Of a stretch of DNA of 52,626 nucleotides, positions 34,149-43,015 are shown one piece after another (position 1 is the first letter of the stretch; the number at the start of each line of letters is the position of its first letter). The stretch comes from a virus (taxonomy: Duplodnaviria; Caudoviricetes). The stretch is taken from the IMG/VR virus record IMGVR_UViG_3300043447_000045, positions 1 through 52,626 of that record. One strand, 5' to 3'. The notes beneath the pieces were generated by a model that was not told the origin of the DNA, searched no databases, and saw only the letters and a list, made by a program, of their open reading frames with translations. The translations under genes were made by a program, and so were the position numbers.

Positions 34149-34244
34149 TTTAGTATTTCCTTTGTTATCTGTCTTGATGACATTACAACTATAATAACAC
34201 AATAGGTTTAGTTGTCAATAGTTTTTGGATGTCTAAATAGGACT

Positions 34245-34796
34245 ATGACCGAGCGTTATGACAATCAATATATTTTCTCTGTTCCAAATTCATTATTTGA
34301 TTTCGAACGGCTACAGGAAATTGCGCTCAGAAATTTGGATGATGTTCAAGAAGGACTAGCATTTCATCAACGTCGAACCGAGACTGAGCCTTATCTATTA
34401 GAACTAAGAGAGCGATATCCATTTCTTTCACCGCTATATAATATTTCAACTGCTCCAGCGGGCTATGTCGTACCTATTCATTTCGAAAGCAATAGAAACT
34501 GTGCAATCAATGTGCCAGTTAGTTACATGGAAGATTCATTCACTTCTTTCTACGAGCCACTTGAGCCCATAAACTCAGAATTTATTCCATTCAAAGTATA
34601 TCACGAAGTCAAAACTAAAGTCAAGAAAGTCTTCTCATATACTATGACACACCCTGTATTAATCAATAATACGCTACCTCATGATGTTGTGGGTGGTCCA
34701 CTAAAAGATAGAACTATTCTAAGTTGGAGCATTAGTTCTAAATTTAGATTCGAAGAGATAAAGGAAATCTTAAAAGATGCGATCCGACAACGATAA
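34245..34796 (+). CDS. putative Fe/2OG oxygenase-fold protein
   Basis: PIHFE...AINVP...INNTLPHDV...RTILSW; TAAATA at 34234-34239; paralog of 35488..36045. Confidence 0.6.
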   Translation: MTERYDNQYIFSVPNSLFDFERLQEIALRNLDDVQEGLAFHQRRTETEPYLLELRERYPFLSPLYNISTAPAGYVVPIHFESNRNCAINVPVSYMEDSFTSFYEPLEPINSEFIPFKVYHEVKTKVKKVFSYTMTHPVLINNTLPHDVVGGPLKDRTILSWSISSKFRFEEIKEILKDAIRQR

Positions 34797-35487
34797 GAAA
34801 ATCATCGAGAGTTATCTAAGTGATCCGTATCAGATTGCCCATTTCATCACTGATGATGAAAGACTAGCATTGATTGATTTCTTCAACAATAGTGATAGGC
34901 ATGTTCACAAGCATACTGGTCCAGTTACTATTGACATAACTCAAAATGAGTTAAATGCTGAGCCGTTCAAATCAATACTAGAACGCCTTCGTACAGTGAT
35001 TGGTGACTTTCGTGTATGGACTGCTCTTTACTTTAAGACTGATAGACCGCATATCATTCACAACGACGATGCGTTCAACTATCCTCTGTGTTATAAGGGC
35101 ATTAACATACCGCTTGACTTTGATACTGACAAAAAAGGCACCATCGCATATCCAGAGTTGTGCTTCTTTGACCAATACTATCTAGAGGGTCCAGCTAAGT
35201 TCTTCAAGAGAAGTAGCGATATCAAAGCATACTATAACTTATCGGTGTATGATTATAAGGATGTGCGCAACTTATCTACTGAGTCATTTCCAGAAGATAT
35301 CAAGCAGCGATACTTTCCTACGATGAAGGACAGTTGGTTAGAAGGACTGAGTTTCAATTCTGCCTTCACTCAGGCTTATGGTAGCATTACGGTATTTGAT
35401 ACTGTTAGATTACATTGTGCTAGTGACTTCCGATTGAAGGACATCACTTCTAAGTTAGGTCTTAGTATATTCACGGAGAAGATTTAA
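34777..35487 (+). CDS. hypothetical protein, possible Fe/2OG oxygenase fold
   Basis: IIHND...INIPL...FDTVRLHCASDF...KLGLSIFT. Confidence 0.55.
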   Translation: MRSDNDKKIIESYLSDPYQIAHFITDDERLALIDFFNNSDRHVHKHTGPVTIDITQNELNAEPFKSILERLRTVIGDFRVWTALYFKTDRPHIIHNDDAFNYPLCYKGINIPLDFDTDKKGTIAYPELCFFDQYYLEGPAKFFKRSSDIKAYYNLSVYDYKDVRNLSTESFPEDIKQRYFPTMKDSWLEGLSFNSAFTQAYGSITVFDTVRLHCASDFRLKDITSKLGLSIFTEKI

Positions 35488-36045
35488 ATGTTGCCATACA
35501 TTTATTGCCCAGAAATTAAATTAGATTATATTGAATTGATCAACATAGTTCAACGCAGACGCTTTGAGCGCATTGATACGTTTCATACTCATCATAGATT
35601 GGTCAAAGACGAACCATACCTGTTGTATCTACAAGAAAATTATCCTTTTCTAGCAGATGTTTATAACATTTACAATTTGCGAGATGAATTAGAGCCGCAT
35701 ATTGATATAGATAGACAGGCTTCATTCAACATACCAATCAAATATACAGAGACCACAACAACTTCATTCTATAAAATGAGCCAGGATTATGAATATGAAG
35801 TTAATGAAAAAAATATCTATGACAGCTATGAAATGAATTCTTTAACAGAAATTTTTAGTTTCACGATGACTCAGCCTACGATAATCAACACAAAGATAAT
35901 TCATGGTGTTAAATTCAACGAAGATCATAACAGATCGTTGACTGCTAGACGAACCACAATCAGCTGGAATGTACTGCCTGAATATTCATTTGCTGATGTG
36001 GTTGCGCACTTCAATGTGGGTGCTGTAAGTGTGCCAACACTTTAG
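35488..36045 (+). CDS. putative Fe/2OG oxygenase-fold protein
   Basis: PHIDIDR..SFNIP...INTKIIHGV...RTTISW. Confidence 0.62.
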   Translation: MLPYIYCPEIKLDYIELINIVQRRRFERIDTFHTHHRLVKDEPYLLYLQENYPFLADVYNIYNLRDELEPHIDIDRQASFNIPIKYTETTTTSFYKMSQDYEYEVNEKNIYDSYEMNSLTEIFSFTMTQPTIINTKIIHGVKFNEDHNRSLTARRTTISWNVLPEYSFADVVAHFNVGAVSVPTL

Positions 36046-36712
36046 CCACGTTGTCGTTAGTCATGGGCACGTTTAAGATTAAGTGCTGACTATCATTTAC
36101 CCAACTGATTGTGCGGTGCGTCTTACGTGTGTTGACATAATAAACTCTACCCTCTTCAATCTGTAGCTTTCTATCTGTATCAATCAACCAGTCGTATTCG
36201 AGTGGTGCGCAGTTACGTAGGAAGCACACAAGTCTGAATGACTCACGTGGCATTGATGGGTGATCACGATGCGGCACAAAGTATCCGCCGATGTTTGACT
36301 GAATGATGAATGAACGGCCGAGTGGTGCGAACTCGTCGAGTAGTGGGTGTAGACTTGTACAGGCATCATACAGCGGTGTACGGTGCGAGAACTCTAACTC
36401 GCTTAGTCTACGACCAGCGGCATAACTACACTCTGCTAAACTAGGCGCTTCATTATGCTTACGACCTTCTAAGTGTGTAAGCACCATTGCTTTACGATTG
36501 TTAGCTCTGTCTGTGCGGGGTAAGTATTCTACCCAGTCACCTTCAAAAGGTTGTAGCTCCTGATTGTATCGGTTGATATCAATCTTGATGTTGAGCGGTT
36601 CAAAGTCACCTAAGTTGAGTAGTGCTAATTCATTTGCGATAGTTGATATCGTAACGTTAGCTGTGTCATAGATTGGTGGGCGACCTGATACGCCTGGTGG
36701 TACTGCTGTCAT
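36011..36712 (-). CDS. aspartyl/asparaginyl beta-hydroxylase-like oxygenase
   Basis: GGYFVPHRD...EEGRVYYVNTRKTHRT...HLILNV. Confidence 0.68.
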   Translation of the reverse strand: MTAVPPGVSGRPPIYDTANVTISTIANELALLNLGDFEPLNIKIDINRYNQELQPFEGDWVEYLPRTDRANNRKAMVLTHLEGRKHNEAPSLAECSYAAGRRLSELEFSHRTPLYDACTSLHPLLDEFAPLGRSFIIQSNIGGYFVPHRDHPSMPRESFRLVCFLRNCAPLEYDWLIDTDRKLQIEEGRVYYVNTRKTHRTISWVNDSQHLILNVPMTNDNVAKVLAHLQHPH

Positions 36713-37326
36713 ATTGTTCCTTGATCTTCTTTTAGTAGTTGCGTAAATGCCCATGCTCGTTCACCACACTGCCAACATTCATTACATCTACTGTCTGGTC
36801 GCTCTGTACAACTGTGAGTGATAGGCATGATTGCTTCTAAGCCATACTCATACATAAAGTCAACAATGTGTGTCTTGTATAAGTCTACGAATGGGAAACG
36901 ATACTTCTCATTAGGTTCTTTACGGTCACGTTGTGGCTCACGACCATCCACTAAATCAGGATGAACTTGATTGAGAGCGTTGTATAAGATATCACATTTA
37001 TCTCTGTGTTTAGTAAAGATATCTTCTACTGCGGTCTTACTCATTAGTCTATGAAACACCGTCGGGTCACCAACTAAGATAGTTTGAGGTAACTTCATAT
37101 CGTATGCCTGATTGAAGTAGTCGATAACATTAGTAGCATGAACATGGCTACCATCTGCTTTAGGAATAGTAAACGTGGTTAGTCTACCATCGTATCCGTT
37201 CTCGTGTAAGAAGTATAGGAGTACTGCGCTGTCAAAGCCACCGCTGAGCATGATAGCATACTTCTTATCGTCTTGAGGTGGGTTGATGGTAACTTGGGCG
37301 CCATCTAGTCTGCTTGTATAGATCAT
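36709..37326 (-). CDS. QueC-like PP-loop ATPase
   Basis: IMLSGGFDSAVL, PFVDLYKTHIV, THSC...CNECWQCGERAWAF zinc site. Confidence 0.75.
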   Translation of the reverse strand: MIYTSRLDGAQVTINPPQDDKKYAIMLSGGFDSAVLLYFLHENGYDGRLTTFTIPKADGSHVHATNVIDYFNQAYDMKLPQTILVGDPTVFHRLMSKTAVEDIFTKHRDKCDILYNALNQVHPDLVDGREPQRDRKEPNEKYRFPFVDLYKTHIVDFMYEYGLEAIMPITHSCTERPDSRCNECWQCGERAWAFTQLLKEDQGTI

Positions 37327-38003
37327 GGTGTTGATAGTTGATAGTAATAGTTATCGAGCCAGTCATAATCGTTGATTTTATTCAACTCGGCCATGTTGCC
37401 GTCGTGTTGCTTGACATACTCGATTGCGTCTAAGTAGCCTTGATATGCCCACTCTGCGTGTGGTTGGGTAGAGTGCTGGGCTTTGCGCCAGCGTTCGAGA
37501 TACATCTCTCTGTTCTGCTGACTGCGCTCACGTAGTATCACGCTTAGTAGTTTGACACAGTGACGGAATGCGGCCCGCCATGCTTCGAACTCACTTGCGT
37601 TGTATTGCGATATGCTCAACACTCTATCGCTCATTGTTTTTGTCTTGACCGCGTTGAGGGTGAAATCGCCCTTGCTCATGTCTGTATTGATGAAGCTATC
37701 TTTGCGCCATAGTTTGACTGCGCCTAGACTTGACGCATCACCTATTACGATTGGGTCGTATGCTCTGAACATAATAAGGTCAGTTGTGATTGCTTCGTTA
37801 TAGTCCAAGTTCTCTACTACTAGATTGTCGCCGTCTACTGTCCAAAAGAATGGGGTAGTTGATAATGAGTTACAGGCTAGGTGTATGCGGTCGATGCCGG
37901 TGATACCATGAATACGCTTAGCATTTGGATGACGGCGCTTGAGTGCTTGCCAGTTATATTCGGCATTTGTCTCGCGGTAGCTAATAAAAAAGATATCGTA
38001 CAT
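37323..38003 (-). CDS. glycosyltransferase-like (GT-A) protein
   Basis: DIFFISYRE...RIHGITG...FWTVDGDN (DxD)...AWRAAFRH; paralog of 39379 and 46243 genes. Confidence 0.6.
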   Translation of the reverse strand: MYDIFFISYRETNAEYNWQALKRRHPNAKRIHGITGIDRIHLACNSLSTTPFFWTVDGDNLVVENLDYNEAITTDLIMFRAYDPIVIGDASSLGAVKLWRKDSFINTDMSKGDFTLNAVKTKTMSDRVLSISQYNASEFEAWRAAFRHCVKLLSVILRERSQQNREMYLERWRKAQHSTQPHAEWAYQGYLDAIEYVKQHDGNMAELNKINDYDWLDNYYYQLSTP

Positions 38004-38023
38004 GAGGAAGTAAATAGAGTGTC

Positions 38024-38953
38024 ATGCTATTTACAAGATTTAAAGAGACCGCTGAAAAATACTACAACAGACCTGCTCTGAATGGTGTTTTATATTACGA
38101 GCTACTTGAAATTGTAGAAGAAGGCACGTACAACCCAGTAGCAGATTGTGGCACAGCACGAACCATTATTGATATTTTGATTGCTAGTCGGCATGACAAG
38201 CCTATCGTTGTACCGCCACTAGTCAAAGAGAAATGGGCTGAGGCTGAGACCGAAGATGGTTTCGGGCTGTATCTATACACCAGTGGCACTACAGGCGGCG
38301 TTCGTAAGGCAGTCAAACTAACTGATGCTATGATTGTAGCAAATGCCCACAACAGCATTGCCCTACATAATATGACGCCATACGATATTGTCTATACTGT
38401 GTGTAGTATGAGGCACACAGGCGGTATCAATGCTCAAACTATTGCGGCGTTGTTGTGCGGTGCTCATGTGATAGTTGAAGCGTTCAACCCGTATCGTTTC
38501 TACGAGCGTTGTAGCGATGTCGGTGCTACTATCAGCCATCTAACACCTCGTATGATTGATGCGCTTGCTGGTGTCAAGAATAAACAAACGACTAGACTCG
38601 AAGTTGTGACTTGTGGTAGCGATTGCGTCTACCGTCGTCACGTTGAACACTTTATAGAACAAGACATTGACTTTATCATAAACTATGGCCTGACGCAAGC
38701 TGGGCCTATCTTAATCAATCACCGCTTTAGTAAGGGCAGTGACTTGTCGGTGTTTGATAAGGCAGGCGTACCACTAGGAACTATTGCCTGGTGTGAGATA
38801 ATGTTTATCGGCGCTAATATGTGGGTCAAGGGCGATAGCGTTAGCAGTGATACTTGGCTAGCTACCGATGATGGTGTTTATCAGGCGGGCGAATGGTATA
38901 TGTACAGAGGAAGGCTGGTCGATGGAACTTGTCAAATTATCCCCAAAGCATGA
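38024..38953 (+). CDS. minimal AMP-binding (ANL family) adenylating enzyme
   Basis: YTSGTTGGVRK P-loop, YGLTQAGP, WLATDD, YRGR; TAAATA at 38011-38016. Confidence 0.8.
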   Translation: MLFTRFKETAEKYYNRPALNGVLYYELLEIVEEGTYNPVADCGTARTIIDILIASRHDKPIVVPPLVKEKWAEAETEDGFGLYLYTSGTTGGVRKAVKLTDAMIVANAHNSIALHNMTPYDIVYTVCSMRHTGGINAQTIAALLCGAHVIVEAFNPYRFYERCSDVGATISHLTPRMIDALAGVKNKQTTRLEVVTCGSDCVYRRHVEHFIEQDIDFIINYGLTQAGPILINHRFSKGSDLSVFDKAGVPLGTIAWCEIMFIGANMWVKGDSVSSDTWLATDDGVYQAGEWYMYRGRLVDGTCQIIPKA

Positions 38954-39497
38954 TGCGTTATTAGACCAGTTCTGCCAGGAATGTAGCGAGGCAGGCTACG
39001 CTAACAATATTAGTCGTGAAGCAATGAAGTTCGTAGATGGCCATGACCTGCCTACCAACCCACAATATTGGGGTTTGATTGTCGATGGCGAGTTGGCTAG
39101 TATTAGTGGGTGCCACGGTTATGACGGTAGTGGCAGAATCTTACGTTGTTTATTTCGCAGTGCTACCTTGCCAAAATATCAGCATATTATTCCTGGTACG
39201 AGCAAAACTCATATGAACAGTGCACCATTTAGTTTATTACTGCCACATCAAATAGACTGGGGCATCGAGAATGGCTACCACGAATTTTATATTACCACTA
39301 GTCATGGCTCACACGATGCCAGTGGTAAAATGAACAGAACTCACCGAGCCCTGCAATTATTAGCCAAGCAAGGTATTGTTAATTATGTGGGAGAAGAGGA
39401 ATATTATTGGACTCCTCAGACAATATGGGCTCTTGATAAGGCAAAGTATCTTCAAGCTCTGGCATCTTTTCGAACTGCTCACGGTATTGCTCATTAA
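38922..39497 (+). CDS. putative GNAT-fold acyltransferase
   Basis: WGLIVDGELASISGCH...RCLFRSATLPKYQ; overlaps the ligase gene. Confidence 0.5.
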   Translation: MELVKLSPKHDALLDQFCQECSEAGYANNISREAMKFVDGHDLPTNPQYWGLIVDGELASISGCHGYDGSGRILRCLFRSATLPKYQHIIPGTSKTHMNSAPFSLLLPHQIDWGIENGYHEFYITTSHGSHDASGKMNRTHRALQLLAKQGIVNYVGEEEYYWTPQTIWALDKAKYLQALASFRTAHGIAH

Positions 39498-40743
39498 AAT
39501 AGAATTTTAGCCACGACCATTTAAATGTTTTCATTAATTGTTCGTGGTCGCCGCCCACTTTATCGTAATAATTAATACCGTCCTGTGCGCCAATAATACT
39601 CCACTCTGCGTGTTGACCACGAGCATAAGTCAACCACACCCGTAATCGTTCTAAACTTTCCTCACTGCCATCGGCCCGTAATTTAATTACTTCACGGAAC
39701 GCGGTGCGCCAGGTCATAGTGATATCACTATTATATTGAGCGATGCCACAGGAAATAGGCACAATATCGTGTAATTTACTCATGGTAAAATCTAGGCCAT
39801 ATTCTGTGGTTTCTAGCACTAGATTTCGATTATAGCATACAGCCGCCTGGTGTCCATATTCCAGTCCATTTAGCGGATTAGTAGAATAAAAAATATAATG
39901 CTTAGGCTCATACGAACGGTTTGGTTGAAAATTATAATCAAAGGTGTCACTTGCCCAGATTTTAGCAGGGAATAAGATGAACCAATTTGTATTACTAATT
40001 TCAGCCGCATGACGAATAGCATTTTCACGACCATCGATACCACGAACCCAGCGGACTTCTCGACCGGCTACCTGACATAATCTGTCATAACGCTCCTGCT
40101 CACCAGTCTCACCATTACTGAGGAAAATAATATCTAGTGGCTTAATTGTAATATCTGCCACAATATCAGTCATATGCTTAATTTGTAAGCCAGGACCTTG
40201 AGAATAAATGATGGCAGAATCATTAAATGAATAATTGTACATTAAATCAGTAGCATCAGGGTGCCAGCTAAAATCAAAACTATTTACAATCACATCTCGA
40301 TCAATCCGCCATTTTTCCATATTAACAATAGCAACCGCCTTTTGTGTATCAATATATCTAATTCGTCTGGCACCTTTTTGAATATATCTGGGACCACCTG
40401 TCTTTTGATGCTGGGTGCCAAACTGATAGATATAAGGTCGTTCAGTTCTAGGTGGGTGCCAACTAAAATCAAAATCATCGCAATTAATATTAGGTGGTAT
40501 TTCCCATATAGACATATCATTAGCATAGGCTTTGCCTACCTGCTCGGTTTCATATTTTACTTGGGTAGCGCCATAAACAACTAATCTAGGTCCACCGTCG
40601 GGCTGATGTTGACTAGGAAATTGATGTATCCATGGCTCCTCAAACATATTAGGACGCCATGTTAAATCAAAATCTGTAATATCAATATTATTGGGAATTT
40701 CCCAATAATCTACCTGTTCATCTAGTGGTGGCTGCTCGTTCAT
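39379..40743 (-). CDS. glycosyltransferase-like protein with N-terminal DF(S/T)W(H/R)P repeats
   Basis: three WEIP/WRID...FD(L/F)(T/S)W(R/H)P repeats; DIIFLSNGE...VRGIDGR...TWRTAFRE. Confidence 0.6.
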   Translation of the reverse strand: MNEQPPLDEQVDYWEIPNNIDITDFDLTWRPNMFEEPWIHQFPSQHQPDGGPRLVVYGATQVKYETEQVGKAYANDMSIWEIPPNINCDDFDFSWHPPRTERPYIYQFGTQHQKTGGPRYIQKGARRIRYIDTQKAVAIVNMEKWRIDRDVIVNSFDFSWHPDATDLMYNYSFNDSAIIYSQGPGLQIKHMTDIVADITIKPLDIIFLSNGETGEQERYDRLCQVAGREVRWVRGIDGRENAIRHAAEISNTNWFILFPAKIWASDTFDYNFQPNRSYEPKHYIFYSTNPLNGLEYGHQAAVCYNRNLVLETTEYGLDFTMSKLHDIVPISCGIAQYNSDITMTWRTAFREVIKLRADGSEESLERLRVWLTYARGQHAEWSIIGAQDGINYYDKVGGDHEQLMKTFKWSWLKFYFNEQYREQFEKMPELEDTLPYQEPILSEESNNIPLLPHN

Positions 40744-40749
40744 AAGCTA

Positions 40750-40781
40750 TATTTACTCCTGCTATTATAACACAATAAATA
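40750..40781. promoter_or_regulatory. divergent putative late promoters (TAAATA on both strands)
   Basis: TATTTA 40750-40755 and TAAATA 40776-40781 between divergent starts. Confidence 0.55.
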
Positions 40782-40788
40782 AGGCATA

Positions 40789-41439
40789 ATGAGTCCTTAC
40801 GAATTTAAAATTAGCAACCTAGACCTAGCAGATTGGGGCACAGCCCTGCGTAATTTACCCACACACGAGGAACGAACCCGTGCCCTTGATGCGCTATGGT
40901 GGGGACAATTAGCATCTAAAGGCTGGCTTGTAAATGAATTACAGCAGTATTCGATGCCTGGTGCGCCAGAAAATATCTATATATTTGGCGGATGGATTGG
41001 CACCCTTGCCTCCATGCTATTTAATTCCTCAATCAATATTCATAAATGTCGTTCAATCGATCTAGACCCTTGGTGCGAATCCGTAGCTGACACACTCAAT
41101 AAAACCCATGAAATGAACGGCTGGCGTTTTAAATCTATTACCGCAGATATGGCAACCTACGAATATCAGACCGATATTCGACCTACTATCGTAATTAATA
41201 CCTCGGCCGAGCATGTTACTCAAGAGGTATATGACAGGTGGTACAATCGTATTCCACAAAATACACTAGTAGCAGTACAGAGTAATAATTTCTCCAACCT
41301 AGCCACAGGTGAGCACGTTCGTTGTTCTCACGGCCTCGAAGAATTTAAACTAATGAACCGCGTCACCGACGAATATTATTGCGGCGAATTACCCACAAAT
41401 GAATATACCAGATATATGGCAATATGGAGAAAATCATAA
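40789..41439 (+). CDS. class I SAM-dependent methyltransferase-like protein
   Basis: IYIFGGWIG motif I, SIDLDP, TADM, VINTSAEH. Confidence 0.72.
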   Translation: MSPYEFKISNLDLADWGTALRNLPTHEERTRALDALWWGQLASKGWLVNELQQYSMPGAPENIYIFGGWIGTLASMLFNSSINIHKCRSIDLDPWCESVADTLNKTHEMNGWRFKSITADMATYEYQTDIRPTIVINTSAEHVTQEVYDRWYNRIPQNTLVAVQSNNFSNLATGEHVRCSHGLEEFKLMNRVTDEYYCGELPTNEYTRYMAIWRKS

Positions 41440-42008
41440 TGTTTATTGAACAATTACCACTAACCAGCAACAGCACCGAATTATTAGATGCCGCCAGGGA
41501 ATTAACCACCCAACACCATGAAATCTGGGCGAAAATGCACCAGTTATGCTTAACGCACAAATCAGACTCTCAAGATATTTGGCTAGATGGCACTGGCTCA
41601 TTAGTTGACCGAGCTACAATGACACGCAGAGCGGAAGAGTGGGATTTTAATCTATGGAATATTGACTCCACCAATCCAATTCGCCAACAAATCGAAATAT
41701 TATCCACACACCTCGATAATATTAAATTTGGTCGTATTCGTATTATGAGACTGCTACCTAAAACTGGCCTATCAGTACACAAGGATAAAGAATTGAGATA
41801 TCACCTAGTGCTCAAAACTAATCCACGTGCTTATATTGCCCATGAAACCGCAGACCTAGATCCCGCCAGATCAACCTTACCTACCACCGCAGCCTGCTAT
41901 CATTTACCCAACGACAATCACTGGTATAAGATAGATACTCGTGAAACTCACTGGGTCTATAATGGTGGTAACGAAGAGCGTATTCACTTGGTAGTCTGCG
42001 GTATATAA
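41424..42008 (+). CDS. aspartyl/asparaginyl beta-hydroxylase-like oxygenase
   Basis: GRIRIMRLLP..GLSVHKD...RYHLVLKTN...IDTRETHWVYNGG.EERIHLV. Confidence 0.75.
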   Translation: MEKIIMFIEQLPLTSNSTELLDAARELTTQHHEIWAKMHQLCLTHKSDSQDIWLDGTGSLVDRATMTRRAEEWDFNLWNIDSTNPIRQQIEILSTHLDNIKFGRIRIMRLLPKTGLSVHKDKELRYHLVLKTNPRAYIAHETADLDPARSTLPTTAACYHLPNDNHWYKIDTRETHWVYNGGNEERIHLVVCGI

Positions 42009-42910
42009 ACTCGACCACCATAACCCAACGCCGCGCAACCTAGGCTTGAGCCACCATCACCTGGGTTCCGCAATCGATATACGCTATCAAATAGTCCCTC
42101 GACCCGTCTATTAGCCAGCTCATTAAATGCTACGCCACCACCATAGACTAGATTACCACTAACCGCCCTAGCCCGCGTCATAATCCGCATAATAGCATCT
42201 TCAGCTACCGCTTGTGTCGAAGCTGCCAAATCTTCCACCCTAGCATCAGGTAATATATCGCCCACACCACGATGTAAATTTAATCCCGCAATCTGCTTTA
42301 ACTCCCCAATATATTTGGCCTCACCTCGATCCGATAACCGCATTAATTCGCCCTCACCACCTAACGCCCTGAAGCCACAGCGAACAGTCATAGCCGAATA
42401 AAATAAACCTATACTCCTAGGGTACCATTGACGCCACACTAACTTATATTTCGCCACACCATCAACCCATTCACACCGCCATATAGTAGCAGTATCCCAT
42501 TCACCAATAGCGTCGATAACAACACCAACAGACTCCTCAAACCCACTAGTCTGAAACGCACCACCACAATGAGATAGGTGATGATTATAAGTATGAATCC
42601 TAACACCATCCGGATTTAATAGTCGCATATTATCCGCACCAATAATATCAACTACCCTATTCCTATCCCAACGCCAACCTTCACCCGACCACAAACAACG
42701 TAAATTCTTTAGCCATGGTCGCTCATAATAATGTAGGGAATAACTGTCACCCACCCAACCTCTAGCTTCAGCAATCAACTCACTATCTATATTACTCAAC
42801 CCACGGCCACCCCTCCATACCACCCGACCGCCCTTAATAACAGTAATAGTCGAGTCATGGTGTCCGCATGATACCCCAATAAAAGCGTGATTATTATCTA
42901 CCTTATTCAT
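41984..42910 (-). CDS. carbamoyltransferase N-terminal (Kae1-like) domain, NodU/CmcH family
   Basis: GHHDS, HHLSH, IDAIGEWDT, SIGLFYS, GGGVAFN, PGDGGSSLG; no C-terminal YrdC-like domain. Confidence 0.85.
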   Translation of the reverse strand: MNKVDNNHAFIGVSCGHHDSTITVIKGGRVVWRGGRGLSNIDSELIAEARGWVGDSYSLHYYERPWLKNLRCLWSGEGWRWDRNRVVDIIGADNMRLLNPDGVRIHTYNHHLSHCGGAFQTSGFEESVGVVIDAIGEWDTATIWRCEWVDGVAKYKLVWRQWYPRSIGLFYSAMTVRCGFRALGGEGELMRLSDRGEAKYIGELKQIAGLNLHRGVGDILPDARVEDLAASTQAVAEDAIMRIMTRARAVSGNLVYGGGVAFNELANRRVEGLFDSVYRLRNPGDGGSSLGCAALGYGGRVYIPQTTK

Positions 42911-43015
42911 AATTAATATGCCTCAGCCATACAAGCCAATGCCTCCATAACGCCATATTCCTCTAATAATCTAATAATTGATTCCATTCCGGCCGCTCCG
43001 TTTACTATTATTACT

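Noticed and set aside
36709-37326. 7-deazaguanine DNA modification system based on the QueC-like gene
   Set aside because: No queD, queE, folE or dpdA in the window, and the radical SAM protein is not QueE-like; cannot be supported from this sequence.
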